Notes: generated from the sequence alone by a model not told the origin. A stretch of DNA of 64,000 nucleotides from an uncultured Gammaproteobacteria bacterium (GCA_964500725.1 CAZCNP010000005.1:6348-70347), one strand, 5' to 3'. Shown: positions 1-9,360, numbered from the stretch's first letter. Program-made: numbers and translations.

Positions 1-603
1 AAAGGCATTCATTTTATGGATGCAGGGACCTCAGGAGGAATTGAGGGAGCCAGAAATGGGGCTTGTATTATGGTTGGTGGGGAAAAGCAGGACTTTGAGA
101 GGGTAGAGGAGATTTTTAAAGCAGCAGCAATGCCTAATGCTTATGCTTATTTGGGTCCAACTGGAGCAGGACATTTTGCTAAAACTATCCATAATGGAAT
201 TGAGTATGGAATGATGGAGGCAATAGGTGAGGGGGCAGCAATCTTAAAAACCTCCCAATTTCCCTATGATTTAAGAGAGGTTTTCAGAATTTATAATACA
301 GGTTCTATTATAGAATCTAGACTGGTTGGTTGGACTTTGGCAGAGTTAAAAAATGATCCAGAACTAAAAAATATTTCCTCAGTTATAGGTTCTGGAGGTG
401 GGGCAGGTAAAACTAAAGGGGAGGGTCATTGGACTGTTGAGCTTGCTAAAGAAGTGGGGGTAGATGTTCCAGTAATTGAGGCATCAGTACAAGTTAGAGA
501 AAACTCAGATAAAGATGAAGAAAATTCCCCAAATGGATTTAGAAATAAAACTGTAGCTGCCATGAGATGGCAATTTGGCCAGCATCCAGTTAAGAAAAGC
601 TAA
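1..603 (+). CDS. gnd: 6-phosphogluconate dehydrogenase (decarboxylating), C-terminal portion. 5' end cut by window edge (the frame is open upstream of the first ATG at 16).
   Basis: Translation KGIHFMDAGTSGG...NGIEYGMMEAIGEG matches conserved 6PGDH motifs (GxHFxDxGxSGG; IEYGxM). Adjacent to zwf. Confidence 0.8.
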   Translation, partial: KGIHFMDAGTSGGIEGARNGACIMVGGEKQDFERVEEIFKAAAMPNAYAYLGPTGAGHFAKTIHNGIEYGMMEAIGEGAAILKTSQFPYDLREVFRIYNTGSIIESRLVGWTLAELKNDPELKNISSVIGSGGGAGKTKGEGHWTVELAKEVGVDVPVIEASVQVRENSDKDEENSPNGFRNKTVAAMRWQFGQHPVKKS

Positions 604-1099
604 ATTGGCCTATTTTTTTCCACTCTGATACTTCTCCGCCTTTTACTAAAGTGACTTTTTTTACTTCAAATTCTGCTGATTGGTCTCTGCCTATTCTTGT
701 AATAATCTTTTCCTTTACTTCATTGGGGAAGATACCATATAGAAGACTTAAATGTGGCATATATGGTGGAATATCCTGTTTCCCAAAGATCTCTTTGGCT
801 TTGTTATGTAAAGCTAGAAGTGGTTCAGACTTTTCTGCTCTGACAAAAAGAGTCCTAAAATGAAACTCCTCATAATCAATTTCACCTAACTTAATAGTAA
901 AAGGCTGCTGTCCTTGGGCCAATTGTTTTGTTTTCTTTATTGCTTCTTCTTCAGAAAAATCAAACTCTCCAAGCAGGGTTACATGGGGTTGAAAAACCGG
1001 AGCGTTGTTTTCTTTAGCAAGCTTTTTTACAAGATTGGTAAATCTTTCATTTGCCTCTCCTGCTGGTAACAGCCAAAGGGAATAGCCTTGTGATTTCAT
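590..1099 (-). CDS. 2H phosphoesterase superfamily protein (LigT/ThpR-like cyclic phosphodiesterase)
   Basis: Two H-x-T/S-x motifs (PHVTLLGEF and PHLSLLYG) spaced as in 2H family enzymes; 169 aa. Confidence 0.6.
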   Translation of the reverse strand: MKSQGYSLWLLPAGEANERFTNLVKKLAKENNAPVFQPHVTLLGEFDFSEEEAIKKTKQLAQGQQPFTIKLGEIDYEEFHFRTLFVRAEKSEPLLALHNKAKEIFGKQDIPPYMPHLSLLYGIFPNEVKEKIITRIGRDQSAEFEVKKVTLVKGGEVSEWKKIGQFSFS

Positions 1100-1926
1100 A
1101 GAAGTTCTAATATCTTGCTATGCAGAATATTATTTGATGCCAGCATTTCTGATTGGAATACATCCCATTTATCTCCAGCAGGTGTAGTTACTTTGCCTCC
1201 AGCTTTTTCTATCAGCAAAGAAGATGCTGCCACATCCCATGGTTTTAGACCTGAGTGGAGATATATATCTATTCTACCTCTGGCAAGACTAGCAAGATCT
1301 GCTACAGCAGAACCCATACATTTTATTTGCCTAACATGGGTTGCGATATTACCAAGCCATCGTACAACATCAAGTCTTTGTTCCAATACCCAACCCCAAT
1401 CACAAGCAAGCACAGTTTCGTTTAAATCTTTTGTAGTGGAAACATGAATGGGTTTTCCGTTTAAAAATGCTTCTTTTTTCTCTGCCTGTGCCCAATATAG
1501 ATCATTTGTGATAGGAGCATATATAACTCCCAATTTAGGTATGCCTTGATCTACCAAACCTATTGATATAGCAAAGTTTGCATTACCTCTGGAAAAGTTA
1601 ACTGTCCCATCAAGAGGGTCAATAATCCATAAATTGTCTAGTTCCTTAAAAGATGAATAATCTTTAGGGGAGGCCTCTTCACCTAAAATGGGGAGCGTAG
1701 GATATTGTTGTTGTAAGTTTTCTTTCAGAAAAGCTTCTACTTCCAAGTCTGCTTGAGTTAAAACATCCACCCCACCTTTTGATCTGGAAGTAAATTTACC
1801 TGAAGTAAAATATTGTTTTAAAATATCTCCTGCCTGAGCAGCTAATTTTAATGAATATTCCCTAGCCTCATTTAGATCAATTTCTTTTGTCATATTCTGC
1901 AAAATTCCATAGATGGTTCTAACCAT
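1096..1926 (-). CDS. inositol monophosphatase / FBPase family protein
   Basis: WIIDPLDGTVNF motif and overall IMPase fold signature; 276 aa. Confidence 0.75.
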   Translation of the reverse strand: MVRTIYGILQNMTKEIDLNEAREYSLKLAAQAGDILKQYFTSGKFTSRSKGGVDVLTQADLEVEAFLKENLQQQYPTLPILGEEASPKDYSSFKELDNLWIIDPLDGTVNFSRGNANFAISIGLVDQGIPKLGVIYAPITNDLYWAQAEKKEAFLNGKPIHVSTTKDLNETVLACDWGWVLEQRLDVVRWLGNIATHVRQIKCMGSAVADLASLARGRIDIYLHSGLKPWDVAASSLLIEKAGGKVTTPAGDKWDVFQSEMLASNNILHSKILELL

Positions 1927-3341
1927 TTTCTTCCATCTTGTTCTATTAATTCATCTGCTGCTTTAGGTCCCCAAGTTCCAGGTTTATATATGTGAGGTTT
2001 TCTTTTGCTAGCAGTCAGAGGATCTATAAATGCCCACTGGGCTTCTACTTCCTCTGCATCATTAAAGAAAGTATGATCACCTCTGATGGTATCAGCCAGC
2101 AACCTTTCATAAGGATCTGGGATATAGTGGCTGTGAGGATCAATTCTATAACAATACTGCATATACTCTGAATCAAAGCTAATTTGGTGCCCTGGCTTTT
2201 TGGCTAATATTTTAAAAACAATTCCCTCATTTGGCTGGATTCTATAAATTAAAACATTTGGCTCATCCTCATGACCCATCCCCTTAAATAGATGATTAAT
2301 AGGATTTTTAAAAACTATGGAAATTTCTGTAGCTGTTTGCTGAAGTTTCTTTCCGGCTCTTATATAGATTGGCACATCGGCAAACCTTTCAGATTTTACA
2401 AAGGTCTTTAAGGCATAAAAAGTATCTGCTGTAGAGTCTGGGGATACATTTTCCTCTTTTTGGTAGTTTTCATATTGACCAAAGACCACCTTTTCTGGTA
2501 AAGGAGTTAAGCTTTTTAAAATTTTGAGTCTTTGAGCTGTAATAGCCTTACTGGTAAATTTTTCTGGAGCATCCATGATGGAGAAGGCTAACATTTGCAG
2601 CTGATGGTTTTGTCCTACATCCTTTAAAGCTCCAACAGCATCATAATATCCACCTCTTTTGCCTATACCAAAATCTTCTGAGGCTGTAATTTGGATATGA
2701 TCAACAAATTGTTTGTTAACCAAAGGCTCAAAAATATCATTAACAAACCTAAAAGTTAGGATGTTTTGCAGGGTTTCTTTGCCCAAATAATGGTCTAGCC
2801 TGAAAATTTGGTCTTCTGTAAAGTAGGTAAGCAGTAGTTTATTTAAGGCTTTAGCAGAAGGCAAATCATTACCAATTGGCTTTTCAATCATCAGCCTGAC
2901 CCAGCCTTTATCTTGCTTGTTTAAGTTATTGTTCTGCAAGTGTTCTAAAACAGAATGATAAAGCTCTGGATAAGTAGCCAGATAAAAAATTCTGTTGCTT
3001 TCTTTAAGGGTTTTTTTGATCTTCTCATAAAGGTCTTGTTCCGTGATATCACCGTTTATATATTTAAACCTATTACACAGCCTTTTAAATACCTCCTGCT
3101 TGATTTCATGTTTGTGATGAATATTTTCCAGGTGCAATACGTAATCCAGATAATCCCGAAACTCTTTTACAGACATTTCTCTTCTGGCTATGCCTGCAAT
3201 ACTCATATCTGAGGCAAGTAAACCTTTTTCTTCCATATCATAAAGGGCTGGAATAAGTTTGATTTGGGCTAAATTGCTGGTAATGCCAAAGATAATCAGA
3301 GCATAATCTTCCATAGGGACATTTTGGCTTATTGACACCAA
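1890..3341 (-). CDS. zwf: glucose-6-phosphate 1-dehydrogenase. True start may be the internal Met (MEDYALIIFG) about 9 codons downstream.
   Basis: RIDHYLGKE active-site motif, IFGxTxxLA N-terminal NADP motif, 483 aa. Confidence 0.9.
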   Translation of the reverse strand: MVSISQNVPMEDYALIIFGITSNLAQIKLIPALYDMEEKGLLASDMSIAGIARREMSVKEFRDYLDYVLHLENIHHKHEIKQEVFKRLCNRFKYINGDITEQDLYEKIKKTLKESNRIFYLATYPELYHSVLEHLQNNNLNKQDKGWVRLMIEKPIGNDLPSAKALNKLLLTYFTEDQIFRLDHYLGKETLQNILTFRFVNDIFEPLVNKQFVDHIQITASEDFGIGKRGGYYDAVGALKDVGQNHQLQMLAFSIMDAPEKFTSKAITAQRLKILKSLTPLPEKVVFGQYENYQKEENVSPDSTADTFYALKTFVKSERFADVPIYIRAGKKLQQTATEISIVFKNPINHLFKGMGHEDEPNVLIYRIQPNEGIVFKILAKKPGHQISFDSEYMQYCYRIDPHSHYIPDPYERLLADTIRGDHTFFNDAEEVEAQWAFIDPLTASKRKPHIYKPGTWGPKAADELIEQDGRKWLEPSMEFCRI

Positions 3342-3366
3342 AAAGTAAAGATATGATACTTAAATT

Positions 3367-3972
3367 ATGCTAAAACCCTTTGCAGGCAGGCCTGCTGAAA
3401 AAATGAAAGAGGTCTTGATGCATCCAGATGCCCCAGGTCCCCAAATCCACTATTACATGATAAGAGGGGGAGTAGATAAGAAAAATGTTACTGTTTGGGA
3501 AACTGGAACTGTAGGAGGGGAATATATTAAAACTTATGGGCATTACCATGTTGGGGAGCTTGATGAAACCTATACAGTGCTGTTGGGTGAAGGTGTAGTT
3601 CTACTTCAAACTAGGAAAAAAGATGCAGCAGGGGACCCTATAGATGATGAGATAGAAAGTTTTTATGCTATTACTGTTAAAAAAGGCGATAGAGTTTTTA
3701 TTCCTTCTGGCACAGGGCATTTAGTGGCAAATACTGGTAAAACATGGTTGGTAACTGAAGATGATTCACCTGTTAATTTTGAAGAAAAGGATCCAGTTTC
3801 TTTGCCAGGTCATGCAGATTACTTAGCTGTGCAGAAGATGCAGGGTTTTGCTTATTATGTAATAGAGGAAAATGGCAAGCCAACCTTAGTTAAAAATCCC
3901 AAATATAAAACAGTCCCGGAAGCTCAGTGGTTAACTCCTGAAGAATATACTCAAAAACACCCAAAACCCTAG
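3367..3972 (+). CDS. pgiA: cupin-type (archaeal-type) glucose-6-phosphate isomerase
   Basis: TYGHYH metal-binding motif, LLQT, IPSGTGH, ADY and C-terminal YVIEENGKPTLVKNPKYK align closely with Pyrococcus/Thermococcus cupin PGI (TKGHFH...IVIEENGEVKVVDNPRWKK) from memory. Context with zwf/gnd. Confidence 0.7.
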   Translation: MLKPFAGRPAEKMKEVLMHPDAPGPQIHYYMIRGGVDKKNVTVWETGTVGGEYIKTYGHYHVGELDETYTVLLGEGVVLLQTRKKDAAGDPIDDEIESFYAITVKKGDRVFIPSGTGHLVANTGKTWLVTEDDSPVNFEEKDPVSLPGHADYLAVQKMQGFAYYVIEENGKPTLVKNPKYKTVPEAQWLTPEEYTQKHPKP

Positions 3973-4034
3973 GTGTAGCTTCACTCCCACATCGGAGGTG
4001 GGATTAACGGGACCAATCATCCCTAGTTCCTAGA

Positions 4035-5318
4035 TTATCTAATGCAACCTAATATTGTTTCTCTAAAAGAGAATTCTTTTGTTTCTTGGTCATACCACAA
4101 ATAACTACGAGGATCACTAGGCACAAATGTGGAAGGATCAACAAACGCATAAAGAGATTGATCCACCTTAGGGAAAACCCTCTTAAGATTTGGCCAAATT
4201 ATGGGAGTAAACTGCAAAAAATGTCTAATCGAAAAGGCATACATCTCTTCCTCGCTTTGAAGTCTAATATTTTGCGCTCCTTTTGCAATTTTAATCAAAA
4301 GCATCTCAAGTTGAGAGGCTTTATACATTTTAAAAAGATCTTTTTCGTCTATTCCTGATTGGTTTAACACTTCGGTAAAATTTACATGATCACTAGGCGT
4401 ATGTTTATATCCATATCCAAGCGTATACGGCAGGCCATTTTTTATACTTATCATCGCTGAAATATAATCTGTAACAAATTCGTTAAATTCAGTCTCGCCT
4501 GCATCATTTATCACATATGCAAAATTCTTTTTTCCTCCTTTGGTTACACTGAATTTTACAGTTTTTTGATATGCTTCAAGAAAAGCTCTTTCTAGAGGTT
4601 GCAATTCAGCGCTAGCTTCATAATGAACCATCTCATGAAGTAAGGTTGATCGAAGTCTTACGGCAGGAGAAATTGGGTTACAGACAACAGGCAGAGTTGA
4701 TCCCTGATATTGCCAATCAGTGGTTACTTTTCCGCCTGTTGAATCTAAAGTGGATTCATTAACCCTGTCTAGTACCATAAATATTTTGCCACTATCAACT
4801 AGTGCTCTGGCATTACCAATTGTTAAAGCAAAAATAAGTCTGGTTGCCATTCCTATTGGGATATTTAAAGTTGGATAATCGGTTTTTAATTGGCGGATTA
4901 CTGGATTAGAAAGAGTCTCATCTTCTTTACCGGTTAGTACTGCATTAAACGCTCTTTGCATCTCCTCAGGATTTCTGAAGTCTCTTCTGATAATAAAAGT
5001 ATCTCCCGCAATACCTCTGGCAGTTTTTAATGACCCCGAATTTCTAACAAACAATTCAGAGATTATAGGAAGTTTAGTTTTAGCCTGATCAAAGGTTAAA
5101 GCCTGGTTTCCAGAGTCAGCTTCAAAATGCTTAATGGCAGTTAAAATATCAACCCTGGATAAATTATCTTCTTCAACGCAGCCTTGAGTTGATGCTGATA
5201 CCCCTAATCCAGCTGCAATCAACGTCACTCCAGCGACTCTACGACCAACTAGTTCTAAGAAGGATCTTCTTCCAATTCGAGTATCTTGAACATGTGATCC
5301 CTTGTCTATTTCTAACAT
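4035..5318 (-). CDS. secreted HExxH zinc metallopeptidase-like protein with twin-arginine-type signal
   Basis: N-terminal RRSFLELVG followed by hydrophobic stretch (Tat-like). LLHEMVHYE HExxH motif; 427 aa. No closer family assignment possible by eye. Confidence 0.45.
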   Translation of the reverse strand: MLEIDKGSHVQDTRIGRRSFLELVGRRVAGVTLIAAGLGVSASTQGCVEEDNLSRVDILTAIKHFEADSGNQALTFDQAKTKLPIISELFVRNSGSLKTARGIAGDTFIIRRDFRNPEEMQRAFNAVLTGKEDETLSNPVIRQLKTDYPTLNIPIGMATRLIFALTIGNARALVDSGKIFMVLDRVNESTLDSTGGKVTTDWQYQGSTLPVVCNPISPAVRLRSTLLHEMVHYEASAELQPLERAFLEAYQKTVKFSVTKGGKKNFAYVINDAGETEFNEFVTDYISAMISIKNGLPYTLGYGYKHTPSDHVNFTEVLNQSGIDEKDLFKMYKASQLEMLLIKIAKGAQNIRLQSEEEMYAFSIRHFLQFTPIIWPNLKRVFPKVDQSLYAFVDPSTFVPSDPRSYLWYDQETKEFSFRETILGCIR

Positions 5319-5365
5319 GTGATGAGGTAGTATATCAAAACCTGTATAGCTATGCTCGTGTGGAA

Positions 5366-5608
5366 CTAAACAGAATTAACTGAAGCTTCTAGTTTATCAA
5401 ATCTATCATTAATATCTCTGTGTTTTTGGACATGTATATCCTGCTCCTGTCTCATATCTTTTACTTCTGTAAACACTGCATCGAGCTTTTCCAAAACATC
5501 AAGTCGTAATTGATGCATCTCTTCCCGTAGTGCCTGAATATCTGCATCTGCTTCTTCTCTGGTTTTAAATGAGTTTACTAGTAACCTGATATCCTTAGAT
5601 GTAAGCAT
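5366..5608 (-). CDS. small coiled-coil protein (paralogous family member 1 of 3)
   Basis: 80 aa heptad-rich. C-terminal TEVKDMRQEQDIHVQKHRDINDRFDKLE aligns with TVKSYADSYKINKHNIERVDTRLTTVEEEL of ORF 11463..11726. Confidence 0.4.
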   Translation of the reverse strand: MLTSKDIRLLVNSFKTREEADADIQALREEMHQLRLDVLEKLDAVFTEVKDMRQEQDIHVQKHRDINDRFDKLEASVNSV

Positions 5609-5676
5609 AATACTACAATATCAGGATTACAGAAATTTTACAAGATTTCAAACTATATCAACTAAGAACTGGAGTT

Positions 5677-6648
5677 TTAACGTCTTACAAGCAGTACGGC
5701 GTTTGGAATACCCCTTCCTGGCCCGGCCTTATACCCCTCATACCAGAGGGCTGTTGAGCCTCCTTGATCTAAATTTAAGGCTGAATCCATACCTAAAGCT
5801 TTTAATACCTTGGCTGAATCACCCATTGAAGCGCTGTAGACTATGCCAATATAGACCATATTACCTTTGCTGGCTATAAAGGTTCTGGCTGCTTTTCCAC
5901 CGAATTTGGGCTCATTGGGGGCCTCTGTGAAGCTAATATTGCTTCCTGCAACAAGTAGAGGATAATTGGCTATCACACTATCCACACCTGTATCTCTGCC
6001 CCACTCCAAAGACCTTCCGACAAATCTTGAGGATCCTGCTGAAAATATAGCTGCTGGAACTGTGGAGTAAACATTATTATCAGAATTAAAGTAGTGTTTA
6101 TTCTTATTCATAAGGAGTGAATCAAAAGAATTGGTTTTTCCAGCGCAGCTTGAATAATCTGCAGGACAAAAGTATGAACCATTAATTCCAGCAAAAGCTC
6201 CATTTCGGGCAACATAATCTCCTAAAGACAAAACTGGGCAATTGTTGCCACAGTCTGATTCTGAAGCAGTATCTATAATAACTTTGGTAGAGTTTAAATC
6301 TGCAGCAATTATAGCAACAGTGTAGTTTTGCCCATCAACATTGACTGTTTGGCGGGAGTACCCGGCTCCAGGGGGAACATTATTTACTACTACTGGTTGA
6401 GGTGTGGGGGTAGGAATTGGAGTTGGTGCCAGTGTAGCTACAGGTTCTGGTGAAGATGTAGGTACAGGAGTGGGTGTTGGAGTAGGAGTTGGTTTAAAAT
6501 TGGGTAGTGCAGCCAGATTTGCCAGGTTTTTTTGAGAAGAATTAATAGAGTTGCTGGAAATTATTTTGAGAGCTACTGCAGAGGATATTACAGCCAGTAT
6601 AGATATCAAGATTACTGGCGCTAGGCCTTTTTGGTTAAGAATTTTCAT
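5677..6648 (-). CDS. secreted protein with Pro/Thr-rich linker and C-terminal globular domain (unknown function)
   Basis: N-terminal signal/anchor, PTPTPTPTPVPTSSPEPVATLAPTPIPTPTPQP linker, 323 aa. Confidence 0.4.
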   Translation of the reverse strand: MKILNQKGLAPVILISILAVISSAVALKIISSNSINSSQKNLANLAALPNFKPTPTPTPTPVPTSSPEPVATLAPTPIPTPTPQPVVVNNVPPGAGYSRQTVNVDGQNYTVAIIAADLNSTKVIIDTASESDCGNNCPVLSLGDYVARNGAFAGINGSYFCPADYSSCAGKTNSFDSLLMNKNKHYFNSDNNVYSTVPAAIFSAGSSRFVGRSLEWGRDTGVDSVIANYPLLVAGSNISFTEAPNEPKFGGKAARTFIASKGNMVYIGIVYSASMGDSAKVLKALGMDSALNLDQGGSTALWYEGYKAGPGRGIPNAVLLVRR

Positions 6649-6659
6649 GGGCAGACAAA

Positions 6660-7271
6660 TTAAGAAAGGCGATTTTCTATTATTGCCGAAATTTTGTCAA
6701 CAGTTTGCTCCAGGCTTCCTGGAACATTTTCTACCACAAAATCATAATTTCTCTGATACTGCTGCCAGAATTTTTTATCTTCTTCCATTCTTTTGTCTAT
6801 TGCCTGTTGGTCTAGCCCCCGATCATGAAGCCTTTTTAAAACAACCTCATCCTCAACAGTTAGATATATCACAACTATTTGACTTAATAACTGTTCAGCT
6901 TGTTGTTTACTAATCGTACTTTCATCAAGAAGCTTTTGAATAAATTCCTTTACTTGTCCGGCTCTAGATGGGTCAATCTTCCAAATTAAATTAGTATTTA
7001 AATTTTCTAGAATTTGAAACTTTTCTGTGCCGTATAAGTTGCCGCCATATTCTACATATTCTATAAAATCTCCGTGATCAGCTTGGAGACGGAAGTCAGA
7101 TTCTATAACAAACTTATAATCTACTCCTTCTACTTCTCCGGGTCTTGGTGGTCTTGAGGTTGTGGTAACAACTTTTTTAAAATCTGGATATCTTTTTAAA
7201 AGTTCAGCTATCACAGTATCTTTGCCTGAGGCTGTTTTTCCAGTCAGAACCAGCAGTAGCTTGGAACTCAT
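6660..7271 (-). CDS. gmk: guanylate kinase
   Basis: P-loop LTGKTASGKDT. TTTSRPPRPGEVEGVDYKFV and EYVEYGGNLYGT match Gmk signatures. Confidence 0.8.
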   Translation of the reverse strand: MSSKLLLVLTGKTASGKDTVIAELLKRYPDFKKVVTTTSRPPRPGEVEGVDYKFVIESDFRLQADHGDFIEYVEYGGNLYGTEKFQILENLNTNLIWKIDPSRAGQVKEFIQKLLDESTISKQQAEQLLSQIVVIYLTVEDEVVLKRLHDRGLDQQAIDKRMEEDKKFWQQYQRNYDFVVENVPGSLEQTVDKISAIIENRLS

Positions 7272-7657
7272 TTATTTTCTCTAATTCGATCAGAATTATA
7301 GTCTACGTCTATTGTGGTTAGTCTTTCAAGAGAGAAGTCTTTATAAACAATTTTTCTGTGCTCCTTAGGCAAAGTTAATCCATGAATCACACCACCTAAA
7401 AGAAGTCCTTTGGTTACAATATAATCCATTACTCCTAAAGATAAAAAGAAAGATAAAACCAAGATTACAGAAAAACAAATCCAATGATGGAAATGAATTA
7501 CTCTGCCAAATAGTTTAATTCTAAGCACAGGAAACACCTGCACCCTTTTTGTTTTTATATTAGGGAGCTTTTTTCTGATTCTAGCTGTAGGATGGGTAGT
7601 TGCTCTAAAGGTCAAATATCCCAAAGCTGTGGCTGGTATTAAAGATAAATATTCCAT
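7268..7657 (-). CDS. hypothetical membrane protein
   Basis: 129 aa with hydrophobic helices. 4-nt overlap with gmk start suggests operon. Confidence 0.35.
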   Translation of the reverse strand: MEYLSLIPATALGYLTFRATTHPTARIRKKLPNIKTKRVQVFPVLRIKLFGRVIHFHHWICFSVILVLSFFLSLGVMDYIVTKGLLLGGVIHGLTLPKEHRKIVYKDFSLERLTTIDVDYNSDRIRENK

Positions 7658-7798
7658 TGTTTCTTACACTTTTAATTCTAGTAAAATAATCATGGGATTG
7701 CAAATTTGTATATTATTCTTCTATCATAAGGATGATATAATCGTTCCGCGATTACATCGCTTCACTTCTTGTATCGCAAGCGATATAATCGTATCCAC

Positions 7799-8035
7799 AT
7801 GAGTACGCAAGATATTCTAAATATAGTATTAATTATATTTCTTCTGATAGTTACAGGTGTGGTTGTTGCTATAGCTGTCTTTCTTATTAAAGCATTAAAA
7901 TCTATTGCCTCACTGGCGCAGTCTTTGGAAGATACGACCCAGAGTATAAAAGATAGAGTCCAAATGAGATTTTTAACTGCTCTTCCTTCAGTTTTGATTG
8001 CTTTAGCAAGTAGAATTTTTAAAAGAGGGAGGTGA
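7799..8035 (+). CDS. DUF948/YtxG-like small membrane stress protein. ORF-track start at 7769 is a TTG inside the promoter; ATG at 7799 preferred.
   Basis: Single N-terminal TM helix then charged coiled coil. TATAAT at 7784-7789 sits about 9 nt upstream of ATG 7799 (leaderless-like). Followed by YtxH-like gene as in the B. subtilis ytxGH arrangement. Confidence 0.45.
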   Translation: MSTQDILNIVLIIFLLIVTGVVVAIAVFLIKALKSIASLAQSLEDTTQSIKDRVQMRFLTALPSVLIALASRIFKRGR

Positions 8036-8304
8036 ATAATATGGCACAAGATAATAACAAAGGCAGTAGTGCTTTAGCAGCAGGAGTAGCAGGGGCTGTG
8101 ATTGGTGCGGCAGCAGCTGCAGCAGCGATAGCTCTTTCTGATGAAAAAAACAGAAAAAAAGCTGAAGAAGTTTTAGAAGACTTAGAAAAACAAGGCAGTA
8201 AAGTCCTAAAAGAGATCAGCAAAAGGGCAATGGAGCTTAAGGATGTAGTTAGTAAAGGCTCATCAGAAGTTAAAGAAGCAACCAAGAAACTAAAGGCTAA
8301 GTAA
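8032..8304 (+). CDS. YtxH-like general stress protein (Gly-zipper TM plus charged coiled coil)
   Basis: AAGVAGAVIGAAAAAAAIAL glycine-zipper segment followed by K/E-rich helix; 90 aa. Paralog at 47934..48203. Confidence 0.55.
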   Translation: MNNMAQDNNKGSSALAAGVAGAVIGAAAAAAAIALSDEKNRKKAEEVLEDLEKQGSKVLKEISKRAMELKDVVSKGSSEVKEATKKLKAK

Positions 8305-9246
8305 AATATTTTTAGATAAATTAATTAGTTCATCTAGAGTTTTAGTCTGCATGAGTTTTTCCCTGCTTTCAAAAGCTCCATTGAAGCTATTTACATAGCA
8401 TTTGACAAACTTTTTCATCAGTTCAAAATGCTTCCTGTCACCCCAGGTATTTTTAAATAGCTCCAGGTGGGTAATAAGCAGGCTTATTTTTTGCTGTGGA
8501 GAAACTTCTTTAACTTTTTTATTAAAAAACCAAATATTTTCAAAGATCCCTCTGCCTATCATCACTCCATCTATTTGATATTGTTTACATTTATCCTTTG
8601 CTTCTTTTAATGTTTTGACATCTCCGTTACCAATTATTACAGCTTTAGATTTAAGCTCGTTTTTAATATTTACAACTTTTTCAATTTCTTCCCAGTGAGC
8701 AGGAACCTTAGATTTTTCTGCTGCTGTTCTCAGGTGAACAATTAAAGCAGAGATTGGGGTAGATAAAAGTGCTTTAGACCAGCTCTCAGTGTCAATTTTG
8801 CCAAACCCAATTCTGGTTTTTACAGAAACTGGTAAACCATTTGCTCCTTTTAAAGTAGCTTGAATAATTTCTTGGGCTAATTTTGGGTTTTTAATTAAAG
8901 CAGAACAGGCTCCATGTTTAATAGCATTTTTATCTGGGCAGCCCATATTAATATCGATTCCATCAAAACCCATTTTAGAAAGAAGCAGAGCTGATTGGCA
9001 AAACTTTTCAGGGTCTGTGCCCCAAATTTGGGCAACAATAGGCCTTTCTGCCTCTGTAAATTTTAGAGATCCTAAAATCTTCTCCTGGCCTCTAGGAGAA
9101 AGCAAAGCATCAACTGGTACAAATTCAGTAAAAAATACACTAGGTTTGCCCACACTGGTCACAATCTGCCTAAATACAGTATCAGTTACCCCCTCCATTG
9201 GAGCCAAAATATATATTGGTTTTTTCAATTTATTCCAAAAATTCAT
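8290..9246 (-). CDS. dus: tRNA-dihydrouridine synthase
   Basis: ILAPMEGVTD, GFDGIDINMGCP and catalytic Cys context typical of Dus family; 318 aa. Confidence 0.8.
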   Translation of the reverse strand: MNFWNKLKKPIYILAPMEGVTDTVFRQIVTSVGKPSVFFTEFVPVDALLSPRGQEKILGSLKFTEAERPIVAQIWGTDPEKFCQSALLLSKMGFDGIDINMGCPDKNAIKHGACSALIKNPKLAQEIIQATLKGANGLPVSVKTRIGFGKIDTESWSKALLSTPISALIVHLRTAAEKSKVPAHWEEIEKVVNIKNELKSKAVIIGNGDVKTLKEAKDKCKQYQIDGVMIGRGIFENIWFFNKKVKEVSPQQKISLLITHLELFKNTWGDRKHFELMKKFVKCYVNSFNGAFESREKLMQTKTLDELINLSKNILLSL

Positions 9247-9360
9247 GATGCTAAATTATATCTTATATTGTTTGCCCAATGTAAAGGCACCAGTTTAAAG
9301 AATTTGCAATGCTGTAAAGACTAGTCTTGCTTTAATTTTCACCCGGTAATTCCTTTTTTT

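Noticed and set aside
651-863. Short ORFs embedded antisense within longer CDS: 651..863, 1115..1447, 2955..3212, 4086..4358, 5189..5383, 6551..6913, 9017..9298, 10384..10683, 13927..14178, 15367..15639, 16528..16725
   Set aside because: Each lies inside and opposite a longer ORF with clear homology. No independent signals.
7762-8285. Minus-strand ORFs 7762..8049 and 8019..8285
   Set aside because: Antisense shadows of the YtxG-like and YtxH-like genes; plus-strand products have coherent TM plus coiled-coil architecture.
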